A stretch of DNA of 64,000 nt from Daphnia carinata. Lineage: Eukaryota. A program made the translations under genes and the position numbers. Every line of letters starts with the position of its first letter. The first letter of the stretch is position 1. Positions 24,926 to 36,921 of this stretch are shown here, piece after piece. The stretch lies in NCBI RefSeq assembly GCF_022539665.2, contig NC_081331.1, forward strand, positions 10,974,001 through 11,038,000, given 5' to 3'. Below the pieces are notes generated by a model. It ran no database searches, was not told the origin of the DNA, and saw only the letters and a program-made list of their open reading frames with translations.

Positions 24926-26930
24926 TCAAACCACTTGCGCACTTAATTTTTCTTTCAATACATCCGTCAATTTCGTACGTTCAATTTCCTCTTCGTGTCG
25001 AGACACGACGTTACGCAGTTTGACCACTCCTTTTTCCAATTCTGACTGACCAATAATGATTGCCCAGGGAATACCCTGCTCCTCACAAGTCTGCAACTGC
25101 CCGAGCAATTTCGGATTGGCCTTATAGGACATTTCCGTCTGTAAATATACGAAAAAGGTGAATTACATCACATGGTGTTGTATAAAGAAATCTTCTTACC
25201 TTTATTCCAATGTCCCAAAGTTCAGCGCAAATTTTCATCCTATCCTCTAAGAGATTCTTTTGCGCGGCTGCAACGTAAACTTGAGTCTCAACAGTTCGCA
25301 TTTTCAAATTAGCCTCGCGATTTTCCAGAATAGCAAGAATTCTCTCTATGCCTATGGAAACTCCGACACAAGGAACAGCTTTTGCTTTAGGATCAAATAA
25401 TGCTACTAAATTGTCGTAACGACCGCCACCCGCAATAGAACCGACGCCTTCCTCGGGATTTTGGTCTTTTTGTATAAAAGGAAAAGAAAGCGCTTTATAA
25501 GATCAGTTTATCTGCGTTAATTTTTAAAAGCAAAATACTTGTTAAGACAGCCTCGTAGATAATTCCAGTGTAGTAGTCCAATCCCCGGGCCAAACTCATA
25601 TCAAATTTGACACGCTTTTTAACACCATAAAGCTCAGCATATCGGAAAAACAACTTCAGTGCCTCAAGACCCTCTATCGCTGATTTGGAAGCACATAACT
25701 TCGTGTCGGCCAAAAGTTGCTCTACTAAATCATCTTGACCAGCACGAAGAACATATTGGCCAATTTGATCAGCCTTTTCAGGATCTAAGCCTTTTTCGTC
25801 CGTCATCTCTCGACGAACGTCTGCCCAAGGAGACTAAACGAGACAGAATTATTTCACCTTTGGAATTTCTGACCGTAAACAGAAACGTACCTTATCAAGT
25901 TTATCGACTGCTGAACAGATGGTCCGAAATTGAGTATCAGGAACACCACAAGCCTCAAATAATCCATCTAAGATTTTCCGATGATTAATTTTGATGACGT
26001 GTTCACTAAGGTCCAACGAATCAAGAATTTCGGTGACTACTCTCACGCATTCAACATCGGGAATCATAGGGTCAGTTAGACCTGCGATATCGAAATCCTT
26101 TAAGAAATAAAAGTTCAATGTGTATCATTAGAGGAGAAAACGATTTTATCAAAGTTAACTTACACACTGAAAAAATTCCCTAAATCTGCCTTTGGTCATA
26201 GCTGGGTTGTCTCTCCTGTACACCTTGCCAAGCTGGTACCGTTTAATGGATGCGACCTTGTTCATTGCCAGAAAACGGGCAAACGGGACTGTCAAGTCGT
26301 AGCGGAGAGACAAAAGTTCTCCTCCTTGATCAGCAAGGTCATAGATAAGTTTGGAGTCTTCACCATATTTTCCAGTCAGCACTTCTTTCAATTCAAACAC
26401 TGGAGTATCTATTGTCTCAGCTCCATGACGTTTGAAGCATGTTGTAATTTTGTCAAAAGCTTGCTGCCGAATCACCATCTGCCTTGGGTTGAAGTCACGA
26501 GTTCCTTTGGCTGTTTTAAGGACAAACTTGCCACCAGCTTTTTCATCCTTGTCACTTCCTTGTTGGGCTTTCAGAGCCAGTAGTTTTGAGACTTCCTCTG
26601 TGATCTTGGAAGAAAGGCAGCGGAATTGTTTATGATAAGCACCAGGCAGCAAATTGATAAGTCTCATTTTCAATCACACTTTTCAAACTGAAAGAACATA
26701 AGGAAACGGAACTATGCAACTGACGACGTTCAACCAACTATCAAACGAGCGTGGAAGATCCAAAGATGAGAATTGGTCGAAAAAGAACTCTCTGTAATTT
26801 TACAAAGGGATGTTCAGCAAGGGAAATTTATTTATACCTTGTCAATACCGGCTTTTTCTGCCTTGAGTTTTCGAACGACCTCTCCTTGCTCCTTTATCTG
26901 GTCTGCAATACTTTTACCGACATCTGCCAT
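24926..26930 (-). CDS. HisRS: Histidyl-tRNA synthetase, cytosolic isoform with WHEP domain
   Basis: Exon 26930-26838 [31 protein letters not shown] spliced to 26604 [14 protein letters not shown] (WHEP), then [65 protein letters not shown] and the anticodon-binding C-terminus to the stop at 24926. Confidence 0.95.
26605..26667 (-). CDS. HisRS: Putative mitochondrial targeting peptide of HisRS, encoded in the intron of the cytosolic isoform
   Basis: ATG 26667 [21 protein letters not shown] reads in frame through the acceptor into 26604; basic, no acidic residues, R-C-L-S-S cleavage-like motif. Confidence 0.7.
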
Positions 26931-28373
26931 GATTAAATTGTTGATTAACTAATAGTTCAATAATTCCAAGTTATTCTAAATATGTCTAGATGGGTAAAAA
27001 TTGCACGGTAAATTGACAAAACGACATGCAACTCACGCGGAGTACTTGCATCAGCTAGAAGAGACCAGGTCCATCTATTAAACAAGTACGCAAACTTTTA
27101 GGAAGAACGAAAAAAACCCACTTCTTTTCGTTCTTTAGTTACCCTTAACGGTAGCTGTACCAACTGTTATACCGTTTTTCGGTTTAATTCAGAAATGTTT
27201 GATTTTCGTTTGAAAGTCAATTTTCGCGATTCTCGTTAATTTCGAATCTAAGGCACATCTGTTCATTGTTTAATTGAATATTTTGGGAAAATACAAAATT
27301 ATTGGAAAAGTCGGGCTTATTTTTTTTGTTGAGCTTATTTTCAAACCCAATAATTTGGAAACATGCAACTGACGACGTTTAACCAACCACCAAGAGAGCA
27401 TGGAAGTTGTAACCCTTAACAATAGGTGTACATGAAGTCAACATTACGAGCATTTGTAACGGATCGGGAACATACAAATATCATTTCTTTGTTCCTTAAA
27501 CAACATTACATCCCTTAATTTTTTATTCTACTCTACTCCACTTTAAAGAGTTTGCTTTTTAAGTAGTATGTAACGACAACAGCGTGACAGACGCTAAGTG
27601 AATGCATGTCGTATTCTAACACTTTTACCTGTTTATTCATTTTAAAGTGCTCGACTGTTGGTACAACTACAGACGAATATCTCAGAGTGCCAATATTGGT
27701 ATAGGAGCAAGTCGTGTATTGCAGTAATCACGCTTAACGTAATTTTATTTTTATACGTACATATAGTAATATGTTATTAGCTACATCAAAATAAATGCCA
27801 GGTATGAAGTTCTTTGATCGATTATCTTCGTGATGTATAGAGAAAAAAAAATTCAAAAACAACCATGTCCCAATTGAGAGGGTTGTATCCTAAAAATAGC
27901 AAATTAGATTTAAATGTGACGGAAGCAACTTCTTCTACCGAGGACAGAAGAATACGAAAAAAGAAAAAAAAATTATTAGGAGATTATAAACTGGGTCAAA
28001 GGGAGAAAGCTATAATTCTCAATAAAAGAACATGACGACTAAATATTGACTCAGCAAATTTTATGAGACTAACAACGGCACAAAAACGACCACTGTCCAC
28101 TTGAAGCCACGCAAAGAAAAAATACTTAACAACCATACATTGACATTGCAAATTTACGCTTAAATTCGTTTCAAAGCGTGAGATAACGAGAAGAGCTTGA
28201 CGCTAATTCATGAAAAATAAGGCAATCAATTGAATCGTTGGCTGCTAGTTCTTTGAAAATTTACCAATATTTGCAAGGAATTTTAAAAAAAGGAACGATA
28301 TCCCTGTAGAGACAAATAGTAGATTATGAACAGAGTTGGGCTGAAACACTCATAACCAAATTCGCGTTTCTCG

Positions 28374-31300
28374 CTATTGCATTTGCGCAGCTTTCATGTT
28401 TTCCAGAATGGATTCGCGGGCAAGGGCAGCTTTCTTGCGTACGAAAAAACATTCTGCGCAAAACCATTGCGTATTGGCCAGTCCGAAGGAAGTACATCCG
28501 GGCGATTTGCACGGTTTGCGGACGCTTTCATAATGCGATAGTAGTCGGGACATAGGCTGTTGTGCCACCTTCTCAACAGCGGGATAAGCGCGTGGTATCT
28601 CGGCATCCACTACTGAATTTCCCCTACTTTTAATGTTTGATGGCTGTGTTCTGGGTGGACGGATCGGCTGCGATTGCCTTTGTTGTTCTTCAGGATGGAT
28701 CGGCATCGAATCCATTATTTCTTCATTAAGTTTGTTTGACCCGTTTCGGTCGTTAACTTTTACAACAGTTTGTAACCTTTGTGTGGTTGTTTGTCCCACT
28801 GGTTCTAACACGTTCGGAATCGAATGCTTGAATTTGTCACAAATACTAGGACTTATCTTCTCGAAAACTATCTTTTCTTCCTTTTTTGGAGAAGGAGATG
28901 TGCTACTGGATGAAACAGCATCGCCATAGAAGGTGGAATTTGATAGATAGAGCGTCCCATTTTGACCACTTGGTGGTCTCCGTGCCGGAATATTGGAGGC
29001 GTCGGCGTAAGATTGACTGTCTGACTGGGCATAGAAAACTGATTTCCCTATACCATAAAGTGCATTTTGATTGCCATTGATAGGTTTGTTGGTAGCCACT
29101 TTTAGATTCTTCGCCCGTTCTTCCTCCTGTTCTAGCTGCTTTGCATAGCAGGCCGTGCACATGTAGCTCGTGAGGGCAGTGCCGTACATGGTACAATTGG
29201 GGTTGATACAAGGGCTAGGTCCCTCCTGGATGGCCACTTCAGCTAGTGTGTGCTGTTTCCGGCGCTGCCATACGAGAGTCTGTCGTTGCCGTTCCGCCTG
29301 CTGCTGCTCAAAGCGTTGACGGGCGGATTGCAGATAGTTGCTGATCATTTTTTCCAGGGCTGGGTGGTGTTTCTCCGTATGCAGACGGGCACATAGAATG
29401 AAATCGGGACATTCCCACTGCGCATTATTTAGTCGCACCTGTGGTGGCGGATGCTTTACCGAGAAATTATCAATCAAATTTCTTCTGATCTTTCTTCCAA
29501 CAGAGCGGCCAAGGCTACCAAATTGCTTGGCTACACTGTGTAGCTGCTTTCCGGGGGCCTTGGAACCAGGCGGGCCGAATCGACCATTGAACTCCCCATC
29601 ACTATTCCATCCTTCGGTGTCGTTAGCGGGACGACTGAGAGTTCCGTTGGCTTTGGTATCATTTTTGACTTTAGGAGTTTTGGTATTTTTAATGACTGCC
29701 GGACATAGAATGTCGACTAAATCGAGAAATTGGTTCAGCAACGCAAGACGATCTTCGTGCGTGAAGGCAACCCTTTGAACAACTGCTTCATTGAACTCAT
29801 CCCGATTCCAAACGCATCCCTCGCCCGGGTCCACCTCAAACTGAATAGGCAATAATTCACGATCGACGTCCACCAACGGAATGACTACGATAAAAAAATA
29901 ATGATTTGATAAGTCAGAAGTTTCAAAGGCTACTAACAAAAGCTGGTTCTTTTACCGGCGGGGGCATCAGGAACTTGTTCGCACGTTGATGGCGAAAATT
30001 TTTTTTGGGGTGTCATGGCAACCAATGCTGAAAAATGGGCTGCATCATAGGCCAAAATTAAAGGAGATCGACTGCATTCACTCGGTTCAATTTCTAAAGG
30101 AAGGTAGATGCCACCAAAAGGGATAGGTGCTAAAGCTTCTCCATTGACGTCCTAGGAATGAAATTGTAGACAAAAAAAAAATAAATAAATAAAGATACAA
30201 AGCGATTGAGATCCCGTTACATAACAAGAAGCAGCTGGTATCTCAGCTGAAAATACGCGTGCATGACGGAATATTCAAACCTGTTTAACGCCTACCTTTA
30301 AAACAGTGTCCGCGATGACAAAAATAGGCCGCTTTAGAACATGGGCTAATGCCAGAACATGTATTTCTTCCAGTGACTCGTATGTTTTCGAGGTGCTGAA
30401 GGATTCACCGCGGCCATCGACTTCCGTTTCACTTGCACTAGGCGTTGATGAACCCGACGTCCGCGGTTGAGAGCTGGCCAATTTCAGAATATTATCCCAT
30501 TCACGTCGCCATTCATCCTCATTTAGGCGTAAGTCCAATCCCGCCTTTCAAATATACAGCTATAATGTTTTGTTGTAATACAAAAACAAATTTTTTATGG
30601 GTAAAATTACCTGAAGGTTGGAGCGGGCGTTTTGCCATCTCCATCTTCTCCAAAGCGCATGACGAAACGTTCCCATGGTAAGAAAGTTGTGCAAGGCTTT
30701 TCTTAGAATTAGGAGTCGATCGTGGAACCCCCACATTCCTATGATTAACAAAGTCAGATTGTTTTGAAACAGAATAAAAATTGTGAAAATACCTAGGGAT
30801 GCCGCGTGAAGCAGGCAATTGCCATCTCCAGTCGTCGATAGCGGCCAAAGCTTTTCGCAACCTTCCCCTAAACATGTCCACCAGTTTAAGCGAACAGCCT
30901 CCTGCAATGACACAGCCATGGATGTGTCAATCAACTCATTTTCAAGGAAAGCCCGGAATTCGTCTATTTAAGAAGAAGTTTAAGTCAAACATTACATTTA
31001 AATGTACAATTGGCAACTCACCAGATTGGGTGGAAAGATCTGGAAGAGTAAAGGTGCAATCATTTGTCTCTAAGGCATTAAATTGACTGCTTATCGAACT
31101 AGGTTCCTCAACTTCAGAAAGTGAAGCACAGAGCTCATTACGAATCTGAGAGATAACCCCTGCATTTTCTGCTGTACGAGATATTCCTCGAGACAGCTTT
31201 TTGGCTAAAGTGTTTTTAAAGATATAGCCACTGTCAATGAAAACACACTGAGAAATTTACCTTCTTCATCACAAACATCAACTGCTGAGGTTTTGGTTAA

Positions 31301-31408
31301 GGTGGGTTTAATGGTTCCAACATTAGTAGGCACGCTTGTAGAAGAAACTGACAGATTAGTGGTTCCATTTCCAAAGGGAACAGGTACAACCACTGGATTA
31401 ACAGGCAT
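28374..31408 (-). CDS. OTUD7: OTU-domain deubiquitinase, OTUD7/Cezanne-like, with two A20-type zinc fingers
   Basis: [36 protein letters not shown] (catalytic Cys), [44 protein letters not shown] (catalytic His); zinc fingers [15 protein letters not shown] and [15 protein letters not shown]. Start codon less certain. Confidence 0.88.
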
Positions 31409-32045
31409 TACCTGAAATGTAAAATATAGATCTCTAATTAAGCACCTATGAATGCATAATAAATGAAACAAGTCACATATTTTGAGGTTCCTATGCAAAC
31501 AAATAAATTTCAGTTAGGTTGCATCACAGTTTCCTTTCTAGGCTGGTTACTATCAATGTTTTCTCTCCGATGACAGTAATAGTTTCGGGCCACTTGTCAC
31601 AGCCAGATAGGATAATGCGTGCGACACACACCTGAGCTTAAGTTGTTTCAGAAATGTATCCTGTTTCTCGTTCCGAAGCGTAGGTAACGGAAATAAGGAA
31701 ACTGGCTTATACACAAGCAAACACAGTATCGAAATAAGCGTGCATTTCTCACGCATAACTGTATTCAAAGTTAGTTGATTGTCTGCGTTATTTCGGCGCT
31801 CAACTATAAATTGCGAGTGACCCAATTTCCCTTTCACTAGTCAAACAATCGTAAGTTACATATTCGTAGTGTTGTGTATATGTAACACTACTACTAGACT
31901 CATAGTCTGTTCTGTTACTACCCTATTACTATATTTTGACGGTGGAACGGAAATCCAGAAGAAAATTTTGTTTTCTCTCGCTAGATGTCTCTATAGACGA
32001 AAATCATTAGATAAGTATAGGGTACTTCGTGAAACTTACTAGTGT

Positions 32046-32251
32046 CGACGGACAGATACGATGAGGTTACCGACGGGCAGAGGCGTTCATTCGGTCGAAA
32101 GCTAAGAGTTGGCGAGTGGCACAAAGGCCAGAGTCAGCGAGCGTGTGGCAGAAAGAGTGAATGGGTCGACGGGCAGAGTCAGAGACCGCTTCGATAGGCA
32201 GAACGATGAGTGGGTAGACGGGCAAAACAATTGCGTGGGCCGACGGACAGA
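32046..32251. repeat. Degenerate ~25-bp-period tandem array with core CGACGGRCAGA
   Basis: Cores at 32046, 32071, 32167, 32192, 32216 and 32241, with weaker copies near 32096, 32122 and 32142. Confidence 0.6.
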
Positions 32252-32521
32252 TACAATTCACGAAGAGACAACCTTGTTAAATATACGCTAGCGTCACTAA
32301 CCTCATAGTCCTGGACGGGCTCTAAGTTAATAGCCGTTACATAAGTAAAAAGTATTTCCTTAAAATTTTATTCTAAACCCTATGACTCATACCAGACGTT
32401 TTTTAAATTCAAATACTTGGGGAGCTCTGAGTCTGAAAGTATGGAAGATATACTATAGAACATTTAATAATCACTATTTTGAAACTTATTTCGTTAAGTT
32501 GGCATTTGTGCTGTTTTCTCG

Positions 32522-35500
32522 CTATAACATTGATGAATCCGTCGTATATAATTGGATGGATTGCACAGTCGACTGACTGTTACTCAACGTTGAATTTGTT
32601 GTTTCCATTACGTTGTAACGGTCCATCGTGGTTAACGATAGTCTGGCGAACAAGGCACTCCAGTCAAAGCTAAAATTCTCGGACACACGCTGATATGTCT
32701 ATATAACAAAGCAAATGCAGGTGTAAGACTTAAATTTTACTTTGTGTAACAACACCAAATAAAGATAAGAAATTTTACAAACCGGATGATTGACAATTTG
32801 TCGATGTAAGTCAGTGCGGACTTTTTTGTTGAGAAAACAAAATGATATGAAGATAAAAAATCCTTGCAATGAGTTCAAGATAGTAAAGATGTAGGCAAAG
32901 GCGATGCCTTGTCCAAGTTCTTGGCCGAAGAATAGGAAACCAAACAACCAAGTAATGCCAAGAATAAATGTCAAAGAGACAGTACCCAAGACCCATCGAT
33001 GGTTGTCTGTATTTCCAGAAGTGGCATGCCTTGTTTTGAAGGTAATCCTGAGAGCCGCTACTAAGAATACGCTATTTACCTGTAATGATAACGAATAGAG
33101 GACAATTATTGACATATTTTCGGATTTGGTCCATTGTGATTAATAAAAAAAAGGCATACCAGTACTACGACTAATACTGGTGCAGCAAAGGCCCATATTG
33201 CACCGTTTGCGTAACTCAGCCAGCAACTGAGAAAAAAAATAAGGTGTACCCAGAAAATGTAATAAGTCGTAGGTTATAGGCAATTCAATTACTATGAAGA
33301 GTTGTTGTAAGCTTCGGTACTAGTTGCTGCCAAGGTGATTACCACAACCAAAACGGGCAATCCGTATCCGATTAAGTAATACTGCCAGCGCTTTAATCCA
33401 GTTCCTGGGAAAACCTTTAATGTCGAAATAAATGCTTTATCAATATAAGGTTCCATGTAAGAGATTGAGTTCTAGTTACTTTAACCAGAAGCAACCACAT
33501 GTAAAGACCCTCGATAAACATCCAGCTGAAGGCGCATAAGAAAAATAGATGCAGGAACACGGCGATTGATAAACAGAGATCCGGATTATATGTTGCATCA
33601 ATGCCAGCCAACAAGAGAATTTCGGCAATCAGTAGGTTCCAGCACAAATTTCGATGAATGGTAAAACGGAAATCGCGTCGTAGAGTTCGCACCCAGGAAA
33701 AAATCAGGATAACCACTACCAAGCAAACAATTGAAATGCTCTCGCCAACAACGGTTATGTAGTCTAAAGCAAGTATTGTCTGAATAACAGTCAAATTTCA
33801 GATTGGATTAATATCTATAATTCAGATTTGACGATTCTTCGAATCTACTACCGTGTTTTGGAACAGGCCGTTAATGTCCATTAGAACAGCAAAATTGGTT
33901 AAGTGATCGCACTGGCATATGGTTGATACATCTGCCAAAACAATCAAATTAAATTATATTGCCAACTGACTAATGAAAAACGAAATATAGCTCACCGTCA
34001 GCATAGATCACTTCACATCCATCAAACGACCAATCTTGCGTGGAAGTGTTCCAATAGGCACAAGTTGCACTTGTCGCATTAACTTCATACAGATTTCGAT
34101 TCAACGTGCTGAGCAAAATTTCAACCTTGCCATCAACGAAATAGATCGATCCGTTAGGTTCACCAATTGTTGCACCTATTGCCCTCGACACCACAACTTG
34201 TCTTATCGGCACAAGAGCTGTTTGGTTCTCATCGAACAATTGGCTACCATTATAAAAAGGCGGAAAGCAAATGGATGTTTATCATAAAGAAAAATGCTGG
34301 TCAATTGTTTACTCTACTCACGCCAAAGTGTCGCCATGCAGAATATCCTGGAATGCCGAATAAGTTGCAAACGAGAGAGTAGTGTTTGTTTCATTGGTAG
34401 CATTAAGAAATTCGACCGGAAGAGTCAGTTGGTCATTAGCTCCTACCACGTAAACGTAAGTTTCATTATCGTAGTTTTCTTGTGCGATATTCTCCACTTG
34501 TATGGCTGTAACGATAGAACCGAAAACATTAGCAGATCTTAATACGGAAATGACATATTTAATTTTTTTATTCACCTAAGTTCTGGGAACTGCCTCCTGT
34601 GTACAGATAAATGTCGTCGAGAAGATTTTCAGCTAAAAGAAGTAAGGTGTCGTCCACGCTCGTTTGTATTTGATTGACCGCTTCAGCACGATCATTGATT
34701 TCCAAACCCCAAAACGCTAAGGTACTGTTCATCACCACATCGCTGAGGTCGACAACAGAATTCGTGAAATTTTTGGTTGTAGCATCTCGTGAAACGGGGT
34801 CCGGATCGTTAGCAATTAAAGTGTTTTGTTTATCAATAGCTAACACGACTGTCTGCTGTATCTGAATGATATTGCCTGAAGCTATCTCGTTTGTTTCAAC
34901 CACACTGGTAAGGGATTTCAGTGCACCGCTGGGATTGTCGCCATTGGTAATCTCATTGTTGGCTTGGTTGATGGAATCTTCGACAATCGGATTAGAGCAA
35001 TTGCTAAACCAAAACAATAAACAAAAAGAAAATTAAGAAACAGAATTTATGACATTAAAACAAAATTTACCTGAGGTTAGGACTTGGTGTCGCCCATTGA
35101 CCATCGGGACCACAAAACCAACTTGCTTCACCTTTGTAATTGGATGGGCAGTTTTTAATAACTTGGGTATCAGCTAATGTTTCCTCCCAACAAAAATCTG
35201 GGGGGTATCCGGTTACGCCGCATGTGGCCGGACAGAAAAGTTGTTCGTATTCGAAATTTTCCGATGCAACGCTTGGTGATAAAACACATAATCCACGGAC
35301 TTTTCTCGTCTTTGTGCCAATAAAGCAGTCGGCTTGTGGATTAATTCCGTCGGCAGGCAACACAAAATCATAAACAGCGCACTGGAACGCACTGGTGTAT
35401 TCCATATAGTGCTGCGGCGTTCGCTGTTCTCCGGTCCAAATGTACCATTTGAACCAGATGGGTATAGCTGAGGATGCTGTGATATTCGACGGAATGGAAT

Positions 35501-36921
35501 TGTCCAAACGACGCAAAATGGAAGCAAAGTTGATTAGGCTAGTGAAATGAGCCAAATCGCCTCCAAGTTGAAGACAATACGATCGAGCATCTTGCCACTC
35601 AAGGTTCACTGGTGTCAGCTATACTTTGTGTTACCATAATCGAGTTAAAAATGTTTATAAATGCAATTTCTAAAAAATAAAACTATTTACCCTGTAGCAA
35701 GAATCTCCCTCGAGCGTGGACAGAGACGAATCGCCACATCCGAATAGTGTGGCGTCATATGTGGCTCTTTCCAATTCAAAAACGAAACTATTCGGTAGTG
35801 AAGGTGACGTTGTCGGTTTACCGGTATGGGAAAGGATCAGCGATGAATCAAATCGGCAATCCGTTACCTTATACTGACACCTAGTTCAAATGTGGTATAC
35901 GATAAGAGGAACAAATGTTACACGGAAATGTTTCGATCTACCAGAAACGTACGAGAGCCAACACGTTTGGAAGCAACTGGGGAACGCCCTTGCATTTATA
36001 ATCGTCTGTAATACTTGCTCTGGATCAACAGGAAGAGAAAAAAAAAAGATTAACTGGAAAAAAAAAAACTGTAATGCAATTTGTCCTATTGCTCACCTTC
36101 CTGTACTGCACTGGATAATGGTATTCTCTTCGGCAGGGCACCTCCACATTTCGGCGTAAACAATGGTGGACAATTTGGGCAACAATGGGGGCGGAATAAT
36201 TAAAGAACTGTTAGTTGAGTCAAGGGTTGTGCAATCCAATTGAACTGTTGGAATAATGTAGTGTTAAAAAAAGCTTTAATATAAAATCAATTAAAAAAAA
36301 TAAATTTCGGTAGAGCCCTATCACCTTATTGATGTGTTTGCATTACCGTACTGATAGGGTTTATTGATAGGGCTATTTTTTTTTGCCTCTCATTATCATC
36401 TCTAGGAAAATACACTTTGACCGAGTCCCCCCCTTAACAAATGGCGCTGTGAAAGGAGCTTATTAAAAGTTGAAATTACCGGAAAATGTGGCATCAAATT
36501 GGTATGGTTTGCAGGTTCCTGAATTCCCAGATAGACATCTGCACTGGAACTGCTGATTAGCAACCGATTCCAGCGGGTAGGATGAATTGATGGATTTAGT
36601 AACAACAAGGCACTCAGCTTCCGCTGTACAAAACGTTTTCGGACTTTTGCAGGTGAAAGGCTCGGTCCATGTACAAGAACCGTCAGTAGCAACGCAATTA
36701 GATGCTCTGACTTGGTAACTAGTCCCTGGAATTGAAAGAATACTTATTTAGTCGAGAAATAACGTTACGGCCTAACTAGAAACATTTGGTTTAGACTTGG
36801 TTAGCTTTCAAATAACCTTAAAACTAAATTAATGAATAATACATGAGTAGCAAAAAATGAAAGAAAAGTTACCTATCTTGTGAAAGAACGCGAGCCCTAT
36901 GAAAATTATAGCTAAGTTCAT
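32522..36921 (-). CDS. Adhesion GPCR, latrophilin/Cirl-like, copy A
   Basis: Signal-peptide exon 36921-36873, Cys-rich N-terminus, SUEL/Gal-lectin-like region, C-type-lectin-like LEWQDARSYCLQLGGDLA, hormone-receptor-like CP..GEASWFCGPDGQW..PNL, GAIN/GPS CAYWN..WSFDGC..CQCDHLTNFAVLMD, and secretin-class 7TM (IHRNLC, CWL, WAFAAP, LGITW, LNSLQG); stop at 32522. Confidence 0.88.

Noticed and set aside
28342..28376. TAG-C stop context of OTUD7 as possible readthrough
   Set aside because: Only a few codons to the next stop and no supporting structure seen.
36313..36374. 10-bp inverted repeat AGCCCTATCA..TGATAGGGCT in a GPCR intron (MITE-like)
   Set aside because: Too short, no clear target-site duplication, single copy in the window.
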